Notes under the pieces: model-generated
Told to the model about the DNA's origin: nothing
What the model saw: the letters and a program-made list of their open reading frames with translations, nothing else
Databases searched by the model: none
Shown here: piece by piece, positions 8,660 to 18,891 of the stretch
How positions within the stretch are numbered: the first letter of the stretch is position 1
Layout of the letters: each line of letters opens with the position of its first letter
Made by a program: the position numbers and the translations under genes
Assembly: GCA_902582875.1 (NCBI GenBank)
Contig: CACHTV010000002.1
Span: 12,024 to 76,023 of the forward strand
Origin: an uncultured Pelagibacteraceae bacterium
GTDB lineage: Bacteria; Pseudomonadota; Alphaproteobacteria; Pelagibacterales; Pelagibacteraceae
Reading direction: 5' to 3'
DNA length: 64,000 nucleotides

Positions 8660-10642
8660 TTATTTTCTAAGTTTTTCTTGGATAACAAGCACTATTTTTT
8701 CCACTGATAAATTAAGATGCTCGTATATTTTTTTATAGGGTGCGCTTTCACCAAATCTATCAATACCTAGAGTTATACCTTTATTCCCTAAATATTTTTT
8801 CCAGGAAGAAACATTACCTGCTTCAATTGTAACTATTAAAGATTCTTCATCTAGAATATCTTTTTTAAAATCATCTGATTGTTTATCAAAAAGTTCTTGA
8901 CAAGGCATCGAGACTACTTTGGAGTTAATACTATTTTCTTTTAATGCATTTTGAACTTCTAATGCAAGCTCGACTTCTGATCCAGAGGCAACTAATGTTA
9001 CTTGGTTGCTGTGGGAAATCATCTTGACTATGTAGGCTCCATTTTCGCATTTATTCTTTTCTGACAATTTAGGATTAATGTAAGGTAATTTTTGTCTTGA
9101 TAGAGCAATTACACTAGGAGTATTTTTACTTTTTAAGGCTATTTCCCAACATTCAAGAGTTTCATTTATATCTGCTGGGCGAAATACATTAAGATTTGGA
9201 ATTGCTCTTAAACCGTTTAATTGTTCTATAGGTTGATGTGTTGGACCATCTTCACCAAGTCCAATAGAGTCATGAGAGAAAATATAAATTACTTTTAAAC
9301 CCATTAAAGCAGATAGTCTTATTGATGGCTTACAATAATCAGAAAAAATTAAAAAAGTTCCACCATAAGGAATTAATCCACTGTATAATGCTAATCCATT
9401 CATAACAGCCGCCATTCCATGTTCTCTAACACCGTAATGAATATAATTTCCATCAAAGTTTTTTGAATTAATTACTTTAGAGTTATTCGTTTTAGTATTA
9501 TTTGATCCACTGAGATCTGCAGAACCACCAATTAGCTGAGGTAAGATAGTTGAAATACTCTCTATAGCGGCTGAAGAACATTGTCTTGTTGCCATGATCG
9601 GTTTTGACTCAAAATATTTTGTTTTTTCTCTTGTAATTAAACTTTCAAGATCTTTTAGATTTGATTTTATATATGTATCTTGCAATGAAGATTTAACACT
9701 AGAGTTTTTTTTGTCAAAAGTTTCTAACCATTTTTCTTCTAATCTAATTCCTTTTTCACCAATTACTTTCCAAGCGTTTAAAATATCTTCAGGCATTTCA
9801 AATGGCTTATTATTCCATTTTAATTTTTTCCTCACTAAAGCAATTTCTTCATCACCAAGAGGAGATCCATGCGATGAAGCTTTGCCAGATTTATTTGGAG
9901 ATCCAAATCCGATAATTGTCTTGCAAGATATTATAGTAGGCTTATTAGCTTTAGATGCTTTAGTTATCGCTTTTGAAATTTGTTTTTCATTATGACCGTT
10001 AATTTCTAAAAAGTTCCATCCATAACCTTCAAATCTTTTTTTATAATTATCAGATACGCTTAATGAGGTAGAACCATCTATTGAGATCTTATTATTATCA
10101 AAAAAAACTATTAAATTTTTAAGCTTCAGATGGCCCGCTAAACTCATTGTTTCGTGACTAATTCCTTCCATTAAATCTCCGTCACTTGCTATTACATATG
10201 TTTTATTATTGATTAAAGAAGGTCCAAATTTTTTTCTTAATATTTCTTCAGCAACTGCCATTCCTACCGCATTACCAAGACCTTGTCCTAAAGGACCAGT
10301 AGTAGTTTCAATACCAGTTCCTTTTTTATATTCTGGATGACCAGCACATATAGAATTTAGTTGTCTAAAATTTTTTATATCTTCAATTGAAATGCTTTTA
10401 TAACCAGTTAAATAAAGCAAAGAATATAAAAGCATCGAACCATGTCCTGCCGATAAAATAAATCTATCTCTATTTATCCAGTTGGGATTTTTAGGATTAA
10501 ACCTGAGGTGGTATTTAAATAAAACTGTCGCAACGTCAGCCATACCCATAGGCATTCCTGGATGACCAGAATTTGCTTTTTGCACAGCATCGATTGATAA
10601 AAATCTTATTGCGTTTGATAATTGATTAAATTTTACGTTCAC
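8660..10642 (-). CDS. tkt: Transketolase (GTG start)
   Basis: SGHPGMPMG, SAGHGSMLLY, TTGPLGQG, SDGDLMEG, HYGVREHGM, GEDGPTHQP. Confidence 0.97.
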   Translation of the reverse strand: MNVKFNQLSNAIRFLSIDAVQKANSGHPGMPMGMADVATVLFKYHLRFNPKNPNWINRDRFILSAGHGSMLLYSLLYLTGYKSISIEDIKNFRQLNSICAGHPEYKKGTGIETTTGPLGQGLGNAVGMAVAEEILRKKFGPSLINNKTYVIASDGDLMEGISHETMSLAGHLKLKNLIVFFDNNKISIDGSTSLSVSDNYKKRFEGYGWNFLEINGHNEKQISKAITKASKANKPTIISCKTIIGFGSPNKSGKASSHGSPLGDEEIALVRKKLKWNNKPFEMPEDILNAWKVIGEKGIRLEEKWLETFDKKNSSVKSSLQDTYIKSNLKDLESLITREKTKYFESKPIMATRQCSSAAIESISTILPQLIGGSADLSGSNNTKTNNSKVINSKNFDGNYIHYGVREHGMAAVMNGLALYSGLIPYGGTFLIFSDYCKPSIRLSALMGLKVIYIFSHDSIGLGEDGPTHQPIEQLNGLRAIPNLNVFRPADINETLECWEIALKSKNTPSVIALSRQKLPYINPKLSEKNKCENGAYIVKMISHSNQVTLVASGSEVELALEVQNALKENSINSKVVSMPCQELFDKQSDDFKKDILDEESLIVTIEAGNVSSWKKYLGNKGITLGIDRFGESAPYKKIYEHLNLSVEKIVLVIQEKLRK

Positions 10643-10704
10643 AGTTTAAATACCTATATAGACTTAAACTAAGTAAATCAATAATATGGTATAAAAGAAA
10701 CACT

Positions 10705-10947
10705 ATGAGCATTATCGAAAAAAAAGAAAAAACTGAAAAAAATGAAATACTTAGACAAAAATCAGAAATTGAAAAAAAAAATCAAGAGCTAATGAGAGAG
10801 CATAAATATTTAAAGGAAAAAATAGATAATCTTCAAAAAGAGGTAAATAAACAATCAGCTCTGGAAGATAAGTTTAACCAGGATATTGATGAATTGAGCC
10901 AGGAGACTGAAAATTTGGTGAGTGAAATTGAGAAATGGCAAACGTAA
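10705..10947 (+). CDS. Small coiled-coil protein upstream of zapA (position of ZapB/ZauP-like genes)
   Basis: 80 aa, heptad-rich and E/K-rich; overlaps the zapA start. Confidence 0.6.
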   Translation: MSIIEKKEKTEKNEILRQKSEIEKKNQELMREHKYLKEKIDNLQKEVNKQSALEDKFNQDIDELSQETENLVSEIEKWQT

Positions 10948-11381
10948 ATATTAAATTTAATAACAAAGATTATCTCTTGTCTTGTGATGAAGGACAGGAA
11001 GAGTCATTAAAGAGTTTAACTAAATTTCTTGATAAGAAATACGAACAATTAAAGGACAAACTAGGAAATATTGGAGAGAACAAACTTTTATTAATTACTA
11101 CAATACAATTAATTGATGATTATTTTGATTTAAAACAAAGAGTTACACAACAAAAAAAAAAATTAGATGATTTGGCGAGCAAATTTCAAGAACTTAAAAG
11201 ACTAGCAATTAAATATAAAGAAGGAAAAGACAAGGAAATAGGACAACTTAATGAAGAGCTAGACAGCTTTAAAAAAACTATTGAAGAAAACAATAATCTT
11301 TATGAGTCAATGTTAGATAAAACGACAAAGTCTTTAGAAAAAATATTATTGAACACTGAATCAATTTCTAAAATTCAGTAA
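10935..11381 (+). CDS. zapA: Cell division protein ZapA
   Basis: MANVNIKFNNKDYLLSCDEGQEE...LGNIGENKLLL followed by a coiled coil; synteny with tkt and ygfA. Confidence 0.88.
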   Translation: MANVNIKFNNKDYLLSCDEGQEESLKSLTKFLDKKYEQLKDKLGNIGENKLLLITTIQLIDDYFDLKQRVTQQKKKLDDLASKFQELKRLAIKYKEGKDKEIGQLNEELDSFKKTIEENNNLYESMLDKTTKSLEKILLNTESISKIQ

Positions 11382-11936
11382 ATGCTTAATAAAGATAGAT
11401 TAAGAAAAAGATATTTTTTAATTAGAAAAAAAAAATATTTTGACATTAAACCTAGTTTTTTTAATCCGTTGGCTAGTTTAATAAAAAAAAAGTATAAGAA
11501 AAAACGTATTTGTATGTCCATTTATTATCCTTCCTCCTTTGAAGTAAATACTCTTAAATTGTTCGAAATAAGTATTATTAATAGATTAAAAATATTACTC
11601 CCAGTTATAATAGAAAATAATGAAATGCATTTTCACGAATGGAAGAAAAATAATGTCTTACAAATAAATCAATTTGGAATGTTAGAACCTGGGCTTTTAT
11701 CAGAACATATTGTGCCAGACGTAATGTTAGTTCCTTTATTAGCATATGATAATGAAAATAATAGATTAGGATATGGTGGAGGATTTTATGACAGATATCT
11801 TAATAAATATTTAGAGAAACATAAAAATATTTTGACAATTGGCATTGCCTTTTCATTTCAAAGATATGATAAAATTCCTGTGTCTAGCACTGATGTAAAA
11901 CTAGAGTATATTTTAACAGAAAAAGGCATCAATTAA
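11382..11936 (+). CDS. ygfA: 5-formyltetrahydrofolate cyclo-ligase
   Basis: FGMLEP, LVPLLAYD...RLGYGGGFYDR. Confidence 0.94.
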   Translation: MLNKDRLRKRYFLIRKKKYFDIKPSFFNPLASLIKKKYKKKRICMSIYYPSSFEVNTLKLFEISIINRLKILLPVIIENNEMHFHEWKKNNVLQINQFGMLEPGLLSEHIVPDVMLVPLLAYDNENNRLGYGGGFYDRYLNKYLEKHKNILTIGIAFSFQRYDKIPVSSTDVKLEYILTEKGIN

Positions 11937-12742
11937 TGAACATACTTATATTAGGTGACGTAATGGGCTCTTCTGGAAGAAAAGCAATTAAAAAAAATCT
12001 TTCTAAAATTATTAATGAAAATGAAATAGATTTTACTATCATTAATGGAGAAAATGCTGCAGATGATGGAAAGGGTATTACAAGTTCTATAGCAGAGGAA
12101 TTTTTTTTGCAGGGAGTAGATGTTATTACTTCTGGTAATCATATTTGGGATAAAAAGGAAACATCTGACTATATAAACAAAGAAAAAAGACTTCTTAGGC
12201 CTGCAAATCTTTTGGAAGACTCTCCTGGAAATGGATACGGAATTTATTTAACAAAAAACCAAAAATATAAAGTTGGAGTTATAAATCTGATGGGAAATGT
12301 GTTTATGAAAAAAACAGACGATGTTTTTCAAGTAGCACAAAAAATTAAAGACAAAATTATATTAAAAAAGAATGTTGATTTTATTGTGGTCGATTTTCAT
12401 GGTGAAATCACAAGTGAAAAAATGGCGATAGGACATTTCTTTGATGGATCATCTACTGGCGTAGTAGGAACTCATACTCATGTACCTACTGCAGATACAA
12501 GAATTTTAGAAAAGGGAACAGCTTATCAGACAGATATTGGTATGTGTGGAGATTATAATTCTGTAATAGGCATGAACAAAGAAAATTCACTAAAAAGATT
12601 TTTTAAATTAAAAGATGCAACTTCACATTTTCCTGCAGAAGGAGAAGCTACTTTATCAGGAATAATTATTGAAGCTAATAATGAAACAGGTTTAGCAAAA
12701 AAAATAACTAGATTTATCAAAGGTGGAAGTTTAATTAAATAA
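11936..12742 (+). CDS. YmdB/TIGR00282 metallophosphoesterase
   Basis: GDVMG, NGENA, TSGNHIWD, DFHGEITSEK, GTHTHVPTAD, TDIGMCG. Confidence 0.93.
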   Translation: MNILILGDVMGSSGRKAIKKNLSKIINENEIDFTIINGENAADDGKGITSSIAEEFFLQGVDVITSGNHIWDKKETSDYINKEKRLLRPANLLEDSPGNGYGIYLTKNQKYKVGVINLMGNVFMKKTDDVFQVAQKIKDKIILKKNVDFIVVDFHGEITSEKMAIGHFFDGSSTGVVGTHTHVPTADTRILEKGTAYQTDIGMCGDYNSVIGMNKENSLKRFFKLKDATSHFPAEGEATLSGIIIEANNETGLAKKITRFIKGGSLIK

Positions 12743-12744
12743 CT

Positions 12745-13476
12745 ATGGCGGGTCATTCACATTGGGCAGGAATTAAACACAAAAAAGGTCGAGCCGACAA
12801 AGAAAGATCAAAAATTTTTTCAAAGCTTTCAAGAGAAATTACAGTCTCCGCAAAATTGGGAGACAAAGATCCAGATATGAATCCAAGACTTAGAACTGCT
12901 ATTCAAGCTGCTAAGCAAGCTAATATGCCTAAAGATAATATCTCTCGAGCAATAAACAAATCGGAAACAAGCGATGATAAAAATTACGAAAATTTAAGAT
13001 ACGAAGGTTTTGGACCGTTTAATGTTGCTTTTATCATTGAGACATTAACAGACAATAAAAACAGATCAGCTTCAAGTATAAGGACGGTTTTGCAAAAAAA
13101 TGGAGGAAGACTTGGAGAAACAGGATCAACTACTCATTTGTTTTATAATTGTGGAGTGCTTCATATTGATAATAGCAAATGCAGTGAAGAGGAAATATTT
13201 GAACTGGCTTCAAATGCTGGAGCAAAAGATTGTTTTAATCTAAATAAATATCACGAAGTAATTTGTGAAAAAGAGGATTTTTATAAAGTTAAAAGTCAAT
13301 TTGAAAATAAACTAGATAGTTTCCAATATTCTGGCATAGAATGGAGATCTCTTAGTTATTTAGATTTAAATAAAGAGCAAAGTGAAAAAGTTTTGCAGAT
13401 TTTGGAGGCCTTGGAAGAGTTGGATGACGTTCAAAATATTTATACAAATGCTAACCTGAAAAATATTAAATTATGA
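12745..13476 (+). CDS. yebC: YebC/PmpR family protein
   Basis: MAGHSHWAGIKHKK, NPRLR, YEGFGP, TDNKNRS, DDVQNIYTN. Confidence 0.95.
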   Translation: MAGHSHWAGIKHKKGRADKERSKIFSKLSREITVSAKLGDKDPDMNPRLRTAIQAAKQANMPKDNISRAINKSETSDDKNYENLRYEGFGPFNVAFIIETLTDNKNRSASSIRTVLQKNGGRLGETGSTTHLFYNCGVLHIDNSKCSEEEIFELASNAGAKDCFNLNKYHEVICEKEDFYKVKSQFENKLDSFQYSGIEWRSLSYLDLNKEQSEKVLQILEALEELDDVQNIYTNANLKNIKL

Positions 13477-13964
13477 AAATTATAGGAATTGACCCAGGAT
13501 TAAGTGGAGCAATAGCTATTTTAGAAAATAACAAAGTTCTTAAAATTTTTGAAATGCCAGTGATGGCTGAAGGAAAAAAAAATAAAAGACAACTTAATAG
13601 TGCGCAGTTAGTAAAATTATTAAAGAATAATATTTCAGAAAATGAAGAAGTTTCAGTGATAGTTGAGCAGGTAAATGCAATGCCTGGGCAAGGGGTTACC
13701 AGTATGTTTAATTTTGGCCAAACTTTTGGAGCTATAAAAGGGGTATGTGCCGCTTTAGGATTGCCAATTTTTTTTGTAAGACCATCAAAATGGAAAAAAC
13801 ATTTTGAATTGATAAATTCATCAAAAGACTCTAGCAGAACTAAAGCAATAGAAATGTATCCTTCATTGTCAGAAGATTTAGCTAAAAAAAAAGATGTAAA
13901 TAAATCAGATGCTATTTTAATAGCAAGATTTTACAGCGAGACTAGATTAAATAAAGGCAATTAA
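13473..13964 (+). CDS. RuvC-superfamily Holliday junction resolvase, MOC1/phage-like subtype
   Basis: IIGIDPGLSGAIA, IVEQV, GQGVTSMFNFG, VRPSKWKK, KKDVNKSDAILIA; sits at the ruvC position after yebC. Confidence 0.8.
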   Translation: MKIIGIDPGLSGAIAILENNKVLKIFEMPVMAEGKKNKRQLNSAQLVKLLKNNISENEEVSVIVEQVNAMPGQGVTSMFNFGQTFGAIKGVCAALGLPIFFVRPSKWKKHFELINSSKDSSRTKAIEMYPSLSEDLAKKKDVNKSDAILIARFYSETRLNKGN

Positions 13965-14033
13965 ATAAATTAATCGTATATTTAACTTTAAAAGCGCCAA
14001 ATTCATGACACATTCTAAAAGTAATTAAACTCA

Positions 14034-14714
14034 ATGGAACAAGAAATAGCAGCTCAAGTTGTTGGCCTGGGAGGAAGTTCAGATTTTTCTTTATGGAAAC
14101 TTTTTATGCGAGCTGATTTTGTTGTTAAATCAGTAATTATTCTTTTAATTGTTAGTTCAATTTTTTCGTGGGCATTAATATTTGATAAATTTAAATTATT
14201 TAAAAGTATTAATGCTTCTACAGCAGATTTTGAAAAAAAATTTTGGAAGGCAAAATCAGCTGAAAGTTTTAACAATAACCTTCCTTCTACTTCAAAAGAT
14301 CCTGCAACAATAATCTTTAAGACAGCGATGAATGAATTAATAAAAACTAAGAGACAATCATCAGCAGTTCAAGCTGCAAGAGTTGAAAGAATTTTAGAAA
14401 TTGCTACAGATAATGAAATTAAAAAAATAGAAAAAAATTTTACTTTTCTTGCTACCGTAGGTTCTACGGCTCCATTTATAGGTTTATTTGGAACTGTATG
14501 GGGGATCATGAATTCTTTTCAATCAATTGCAATTTCTAGGAATACAAGTTTAGCAATAGTAGCCCCTGGTATTGCAGAAGCTTTGTTTGCAACTGCTTTA
14601 GGTTTATTAGCGGCTATCCCTGCTGTAGTGGCTTATAATAAATTTAACAGTGACTCAAAAAGATATATTTCAAAAATAGAGAATTTTTCAAAAAGATTTT
14701 TATCAATTATATAA
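14034..14714 (+). CDS. tolQ: Tol-Pal system protein TolQ
   Basis: LATVGSTAPFIGLFGTVWGIM, VAPGIAEALFATALGL. Confidence 0.96.
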   Translation: MEQEIAAQVVGLGGSSDFSLWKLFMRADFVVKSVIILLIVSSIFSWALIFDKFKLFKSINASTADFEKKFWKAKSAESFNNNLPSTSKDPATIIFKTAMNELIKTKRQSSAVQAARVERILEIATDNEIKKIEKNFTFLATVGSTAPFIGLFGTVWGIMNSFQSIAISRNTSLAIVAPGIAEALFATALGLLAAIPAVVAYNKFNSDSKRYISKIENFSKRFLSII

Positions 14715-14717
14715 AAA

Positions 14718-15131
14718 ATGGCTTTTAAATTTAATCGCTCAAGAAATGAACCCATGAGTGAAATAAATGTAACGCCTTTCGTGGATGTTATGTTGGTTTT
14801 GTTAATTATTTTTATGGTGACGGCCCCACTTTTAACAGTAGGTGTACAAGTCGATTTACCAGAGTCGGCCGCAGACTCTTTGCCAGATGATCAAGAACCC
14901 TTGACAATAACTATTAATTCAAAAGGAGAAATTTATATTCAAGAGCATAAAGTCAAATATCAAAAGATTGTACCAAAACTTTTAGCTATTGCAAAAAATA
15001 GAACTGATACAAGAATTTACGTTAGAGGAGATAAAACTATTAACTATGGTAGAGTTTTAGAGGTTATGGGAACGTTGTCCGGCGCAGGCTTTTCAAAAGT
15101 TGCATTAATATCTGAGCCCTACAAGAACTAA
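14718..15131 (+). CDS. tolR: Tol-Pal system protein TolR
   Basis: SEINVTPFVDVMLVLLIIFMVTAP. Confidence 0.95.
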   Translation: MAFKFNRSRNEPMSEINVTPFVDVMLVLLIIFMVTAPLLTVGVQVDLPESAADSLPDDQEPLTITINSKGEIYIQEHKVKYQKIVPKLLAIAKNRTDTRIYVRGDKTINYGRVLEVMGTLSGAGFSKVALISEPYKN

Positions 15132-15138
15132 ATGACAA

Positions 15139-15945
15139 ATGACAAAAAGTTTAATTTATTCTTTAATATTTCATTCAGTTATGATTTTACTAACTGTTTT
15201 AACTTTGCCATTCATGATTAGACAACCAGTAGATTTACCTCCGATAGTCTCAGTTGAGTTAATTCAAATTTCGGATAAAACAAATATTCCATTTGCTCCT
15301 AAAGCTAGGAAAATTATAGAAGAAACAAAAAAGAAAGAAGAAAGAGTAGTTTCAGAGCAAGCTCCACCTGCAGCAAAAGCAAAAGAGAAACCTGATAGAA
15401 TTCCTTTACCAGATGAAAAAAAGGAAAAAAAACAAATAGTTAAAAAAAAACAGAATCCTGAAGAAATAGAGCCTGAGATTAGACAATCTTCAGAATTTGA
15501 AAAAAAAGAAATTATAGACACTAATCAAATCGCAGCTTTAATCGATAAAGCTAAAGAAGAAGAGGCAGTAAAAAAGAATAAAATTGATAAATTAACCCAA
15601 AGTAATGTTAAAAATTCTTTTGCTACTGGATTAACATTATCTGAAGAAGACGCTTTAAGAGCTCAGATATTTGGTTGTTGGAGTGTACCTCTTGGTTTAC
15701 CTTACGACGAGGATTTATTAGTTAGAATAAAATTAAAATTAAAAAAAGATGGAACTATAATGAAATCTGAAATTTTAGACCATCAAAGAATGAATAGACC
15801 TGGACAAAAATTCTATAAAGTTTTAGCTGAAAGTGCATTAAGGGCAGTGAGATTATGTCAACCTCTTAAGGTTCCTCCTACAGGTTATGAAAAATGGAAA
15901 GATATTCAATTAAATTTTAATCCAGTAGAAATGTTAAAAGGATAA
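15139..15945 (+). CDS. tolA: TolA-like envelope protein
   Basis: N-terminal TM with SxxxH, charged linker, C-terminal TonB_2-like domain (CWSVP...[13 protein letters not shown]); lies between tolR and tolB. Confidence 0.85.
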   Translation: MTKSLIYSLIFHSVMILLTVLTLPFMIRQPVDLPPIVSVELIQISDKTNIPFAPKARKIIEETKKKEERVVSEQAPPAAKAKEKPDRIPLPDEKKEKKQIVKKKQNPEEIEPEIRQSSEFEKKEIIDTNQIAALIDKAKEEEAVKKNKIDKLTQSNVKNSFATGLTLSEEDALRAQIFGCWSVPLGLPYDEDLLVRIKLKLKKDGTIMKSEILDHQRMNRPGQKFYKVLAESALRAVRLCQPLKVPPTGYEKWKDIQLNFNPVEMLKG

Positions 15946-15946
15946 T

Positions 15947-17284
15947 ATGAAAAATTTTTTTTTAGCTCTAACGATATATTTTATTTCCTTAAACTCTTTA
16001 TATGCTTTAATAGAAGTTGATATTACTAGAGGTAATTTAGATCCTTTGCCAATTGCTGTTTCTCCTTTACACGTTGATATAAAGTCAGATGAACAAGAAG
16101 GCATAAAGGTTAAGGAGTTAGGAAATAATATTTCTTCAATTATTGAACGAAATTTTAAAAACACAGGTTTATTTAACCCATTAAAAAAAGAAGCATTTGT
16201 CCAAAAACCAGATATTGCACATTTAAAACCTCGTTTCGAAGACTGGAGATTAATCAAAGCCCAAGCATTAGTTACTGGAAAGTTATTAGTTAAAGAAGGA
16301 AAGTTAAAAGTTGAATTTAGGCTTTGGGATTTAACAGCCGCTAAAGAAATGACAGCTTTAGCTTTTACCACAACACCCTCCAACTGGAGAAGAGTAGCTC
16401 ATATAATATCTGATAAAATATATGAACGTTTAACAGGTGAGGAAGGGTACTTTGATACTAGAATTATTTATGTTTCTGAAACTGGGCCTAAAAGTCAAAG
16501 AGTAAAGAAGTTAGCCATTATGGATCAAGATGGTGCTAATACAAAATATCTTACATTAGGAAATGAACTTGTATTAACTCCAAGATTTAATCCTACTAAT
16601 CAAATGGTTACCTATCTCTCTTATTTTAGAAATATGCCGAGAGTTTATTTGCTTGATATAGAAACTGGAATGCAAGAGGTTGTTGGAAATTTTCCAGGTA
16701 TGACCTTTGCTCCTAGATTCTCACCAGATGGAAGAAAGATAATTATGAGTTTTGCAGAAGATGGAAATTCAGATATTTATACAATGGATTTAGAAACTAG
16801 AGTTGTTGAGAGAATAACAAATCATTCATCAATAGATACTTCTCCTTCTTTTTCACCTGATGGAAAGTATATTGCTTTTAATTCTGACAGAAGTGGTCTT
16901 CAACAACTTTATGTCATGAGAAGTGATGGCAGCAATGTAAAAAGAATTACTTTTGGAAAAGGAATTTATGGAACTCCTGTATGGTCTCCAAGAGGTGACT
17001 TAATAGCTTTTACTAAAATGCGAAAAGGAAGATTTTATATTGGTGTGATGAGAACCGATGGTTCTGGAGAAAGATTGTTAACCGAAAATTATTATCAAGA
17101 GGCTCCATCCTGGTCTCCCAATGGAAGAGTCTTGGTTTTTTATAGAGAAACTAAAGCTGGTTCTAAAGGGGAAGGTTTTTCTGCAACACTTTGGTCAATA
17201 GATATAACTGGTTACAATGAGAGAAAACTAAGCACTAAAACAGATGCCTCCGACCCATCTTGGTCTTCATTGCTATCAAAGTGA
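15947..17284 (+). CDS. tolB: Tol-Pal beta-propeller protein TolB
   Basis: Signal peptide, [14 protein letters not shown], repeated PxFSPDG (PD40) motifs. Confidence 0.96.
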   Translation: MKNFFLALTIYFISLNSLYALIEVDITRGNLDPLPIAVSPLHVDIKSDEQEGIKVKELGNNISSIIERNFKNTGLFNPLKKEAFVQKPDIAHLKPRFEDWRLIKAQALVTGKLLVKEGKLKVEFRLWDLTAAKEMTALAFTTTPSNWRRVAHIISDKIYERLTGEEGYFDTRIIYVSETGPKSQRVKKLAIMDQDGANTKYLTLGNELVLTPRFNPTNQMVTYLSYFRNMPRVYLLDIETGMQEVVGNFPGMTFAPRFSPDGRKIIMSFAEDGNSDIYTMDLETRVVERITNHSSIDTSPSFSPDGKYIAFNSDRSGLQQLYVMRSDGSNVKRITFGKGIYGTPVWSPRGDLIAFTKMRKGRFYIGVMRTDGSGERLLTENYYQEAPSWSPNGRVLVFYRETKAGSKGEGFSATLWSIDITGYNERKLSTKTDASDPSWSSLLSK

Positions 17285-17362
17285 AGGCATTTTCTATATA
17301 ATTTAAGGCTTGAATAATGTTTAATAATTTGAAATATTTCGATAATCAACCCAGGGGAAAAA

Positions 17363-17839
17363 ATGACATTTAATAGGAATTTGAAAAATATATTTTTAGT
17401 AGTTTTTACAACCTTGATTTTAAGTGCGTGTTCGACAGCTAAAAAATCAGGAGACATGGAAGGCGATGTTTATACTGGCAAAGAGACAGTAAAATATTTA
17501 GCTAAAGGTGTTCCAGACAGAGTATTTTTTGCTACGAATAAATCTTCATTAACAACAGCTTCAAGAGCTACTCTTAGAAAACAAGCAACTTATTTAAGAA
17601 AAAATAAAAAGCTTAATGTGACAATAGAAGGTCACGCAGACGAAAGAGGAACTAGAGAATACAACTTAGCTCTAGGTGAAAGAAGAGCAAATGCTGCAAG
17701 AGATTATTTAATGACTTATGGAATCTCAGGTAAAAGAATTTCTGTAATAAGTTATGGAAAAGAAAAACCTGTTAATCCTGCTTCAAGCACTTTAGCTTGG
17801 TCTCAGAATAGAAGATCAGTTACAGTTAAAGTAAATTAA
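17363..17839 (+). CDS. pal: Peptidoglycan-associated lipoprotein Pal
   Basis: Lipobox LSAC; IEGHADERGTREYNLALGERRA; SYGKEKP; NRR. Confidence 0.96.
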   Translation: MTFNRNLKNIFLVVFTTLILSACSTAKKSGDMEGDVYTGKETVKYLAKGVPDRVFFATNKSSLTTASRATLRKQATYLRKNKKLNVTIEGHADERGTREYNLALGERRANAARDYLMTYGISGKRISVISYGKEKPVNPASSTLAWSQNRRSVTVKVN

Positions 17840-17854
17840 TCTTCTTAAAAATTT

Positions 17855-17895
17855 AAGACCCTTTAATAAATAAACTATTAAAGGGTCTTTTTTTT
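17855..17895 (+). terminator. Rho-independent terminator after pal
   Basis: 14-bp stem AAGACCCTTTAATA / TATTAAAGGGTCTT followed by a T run. Confidence 0.85.
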
Positions 17896-17922
17896 GCCAT
17901 TTTGTATATTTAAAGAATCATT

Positions 17923-18891
17923 ATGGATTTAGTTAGAAAAAGTTATTTAATTTTTTTTATAATTTTAACAGTTTCATCAAATTCTTTTTTAAAAGCAGAA
18001 GAAGAGGACATACTAATTCAATCAATTAATGATCAACTTCAAGTCTTAATTAAAGATCTAAAAACATTAGAGAAAGCTGTTTATAAAAAATCAGATATAG
18101 TTTCATCTTCAACTCAATCTACAATGAAATCTGATGGGCTTAATGAAGATATTTTAACTAAACATCTTTTAAAATTAAATGAAATTGAAGATCAATTTAG
18201 AGAACTTACAAATAAGTTTGAAGAAGTTAATTTTAAATTAGATAAATTATCTTCAAGAGTTACAAAAATACAATCAGATAACCAATTAAGATTTTCTGAT
18301 ATTGAAAATAATACAAATACAGAAATAAAAAAAACAAAAGTAAAAAAGGATTTACCTGGATCTAGTCAACCAGCCGACTTTGGAGCAAACCCAGGATATT
18401 CTGTTTCTAATTTGCCTCAAAAACAAGAAACTAATTCTATAGAAAGTGCACAAACTGTTATTACAGAAGAAGCTGAAAAAAAAGAATCTTTATTGCCTGA
18501 TAAACCTCCCCAAGATCAGTATGAATTTGCAGTGAGTTTTATGAAAATAGGAGACTATGAAACTGCGGAATTCGCTTTGAAAGAGTTTATTCAAAAAAAT
18601 AAAGATCACGATTTAGCAGGGAATGCTCAATACTGGTATGGTGAAACATTTAGAATTAGACAACTTTATTCGGATGCAGCTACGGCATATTTAGATGGTT
18701 ATCAGAATTATCCAAAAAGTAAAAAGGCCCCAGATAATCTTTTGAAACTTGGAATCACTATGGTTCAATTAGGTGAAAAAGATCAAGGCTGTAAAATGAT
18801 ATCTGGAGTAAAAAAAGAATATCCCAAAGCAAGCAAGTCTGTGTTACAAAAAGCTCAATATGAGCAAAAAAAATTCAAATGTAATTCTTAA
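17923..18891 (+). CDS. cpoB: Tol-Pal protein YbgF/CpoB
   Basis: Signal peptide, coiled coil, TPR (AGNAQYWYGE, KAPDNLLKLG). Confidence 0.92.
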   Translation: MDLVRKSYLIFFIILTVSSNSFLKAEEEDILIQSINDQLQVLIKDLKTLEKAVYKKSDIVSSSTQSTMKSDGLNEDILTKHLLKLNEIEDQFRELTNKFEEVNFKLDKLSSRVTKIQSDNQLRFSDIENNTNTEIKKTKVKKDLPGSSQPADFGANPGYSVSNLPQKQETNSIESAQTVITEEAEKKESLLPDKPPQDQYEFAVSFMKIGDYETAEFALKEFIQKNKDHDLAGNAQYWYGETFRIRQLYSDAATAYLDGYQNYPKSKKAPDNLLKLGITMVQLGEKDQGCKMISGVKKEYPKASKSVLQKAQYEQKKFKCNS

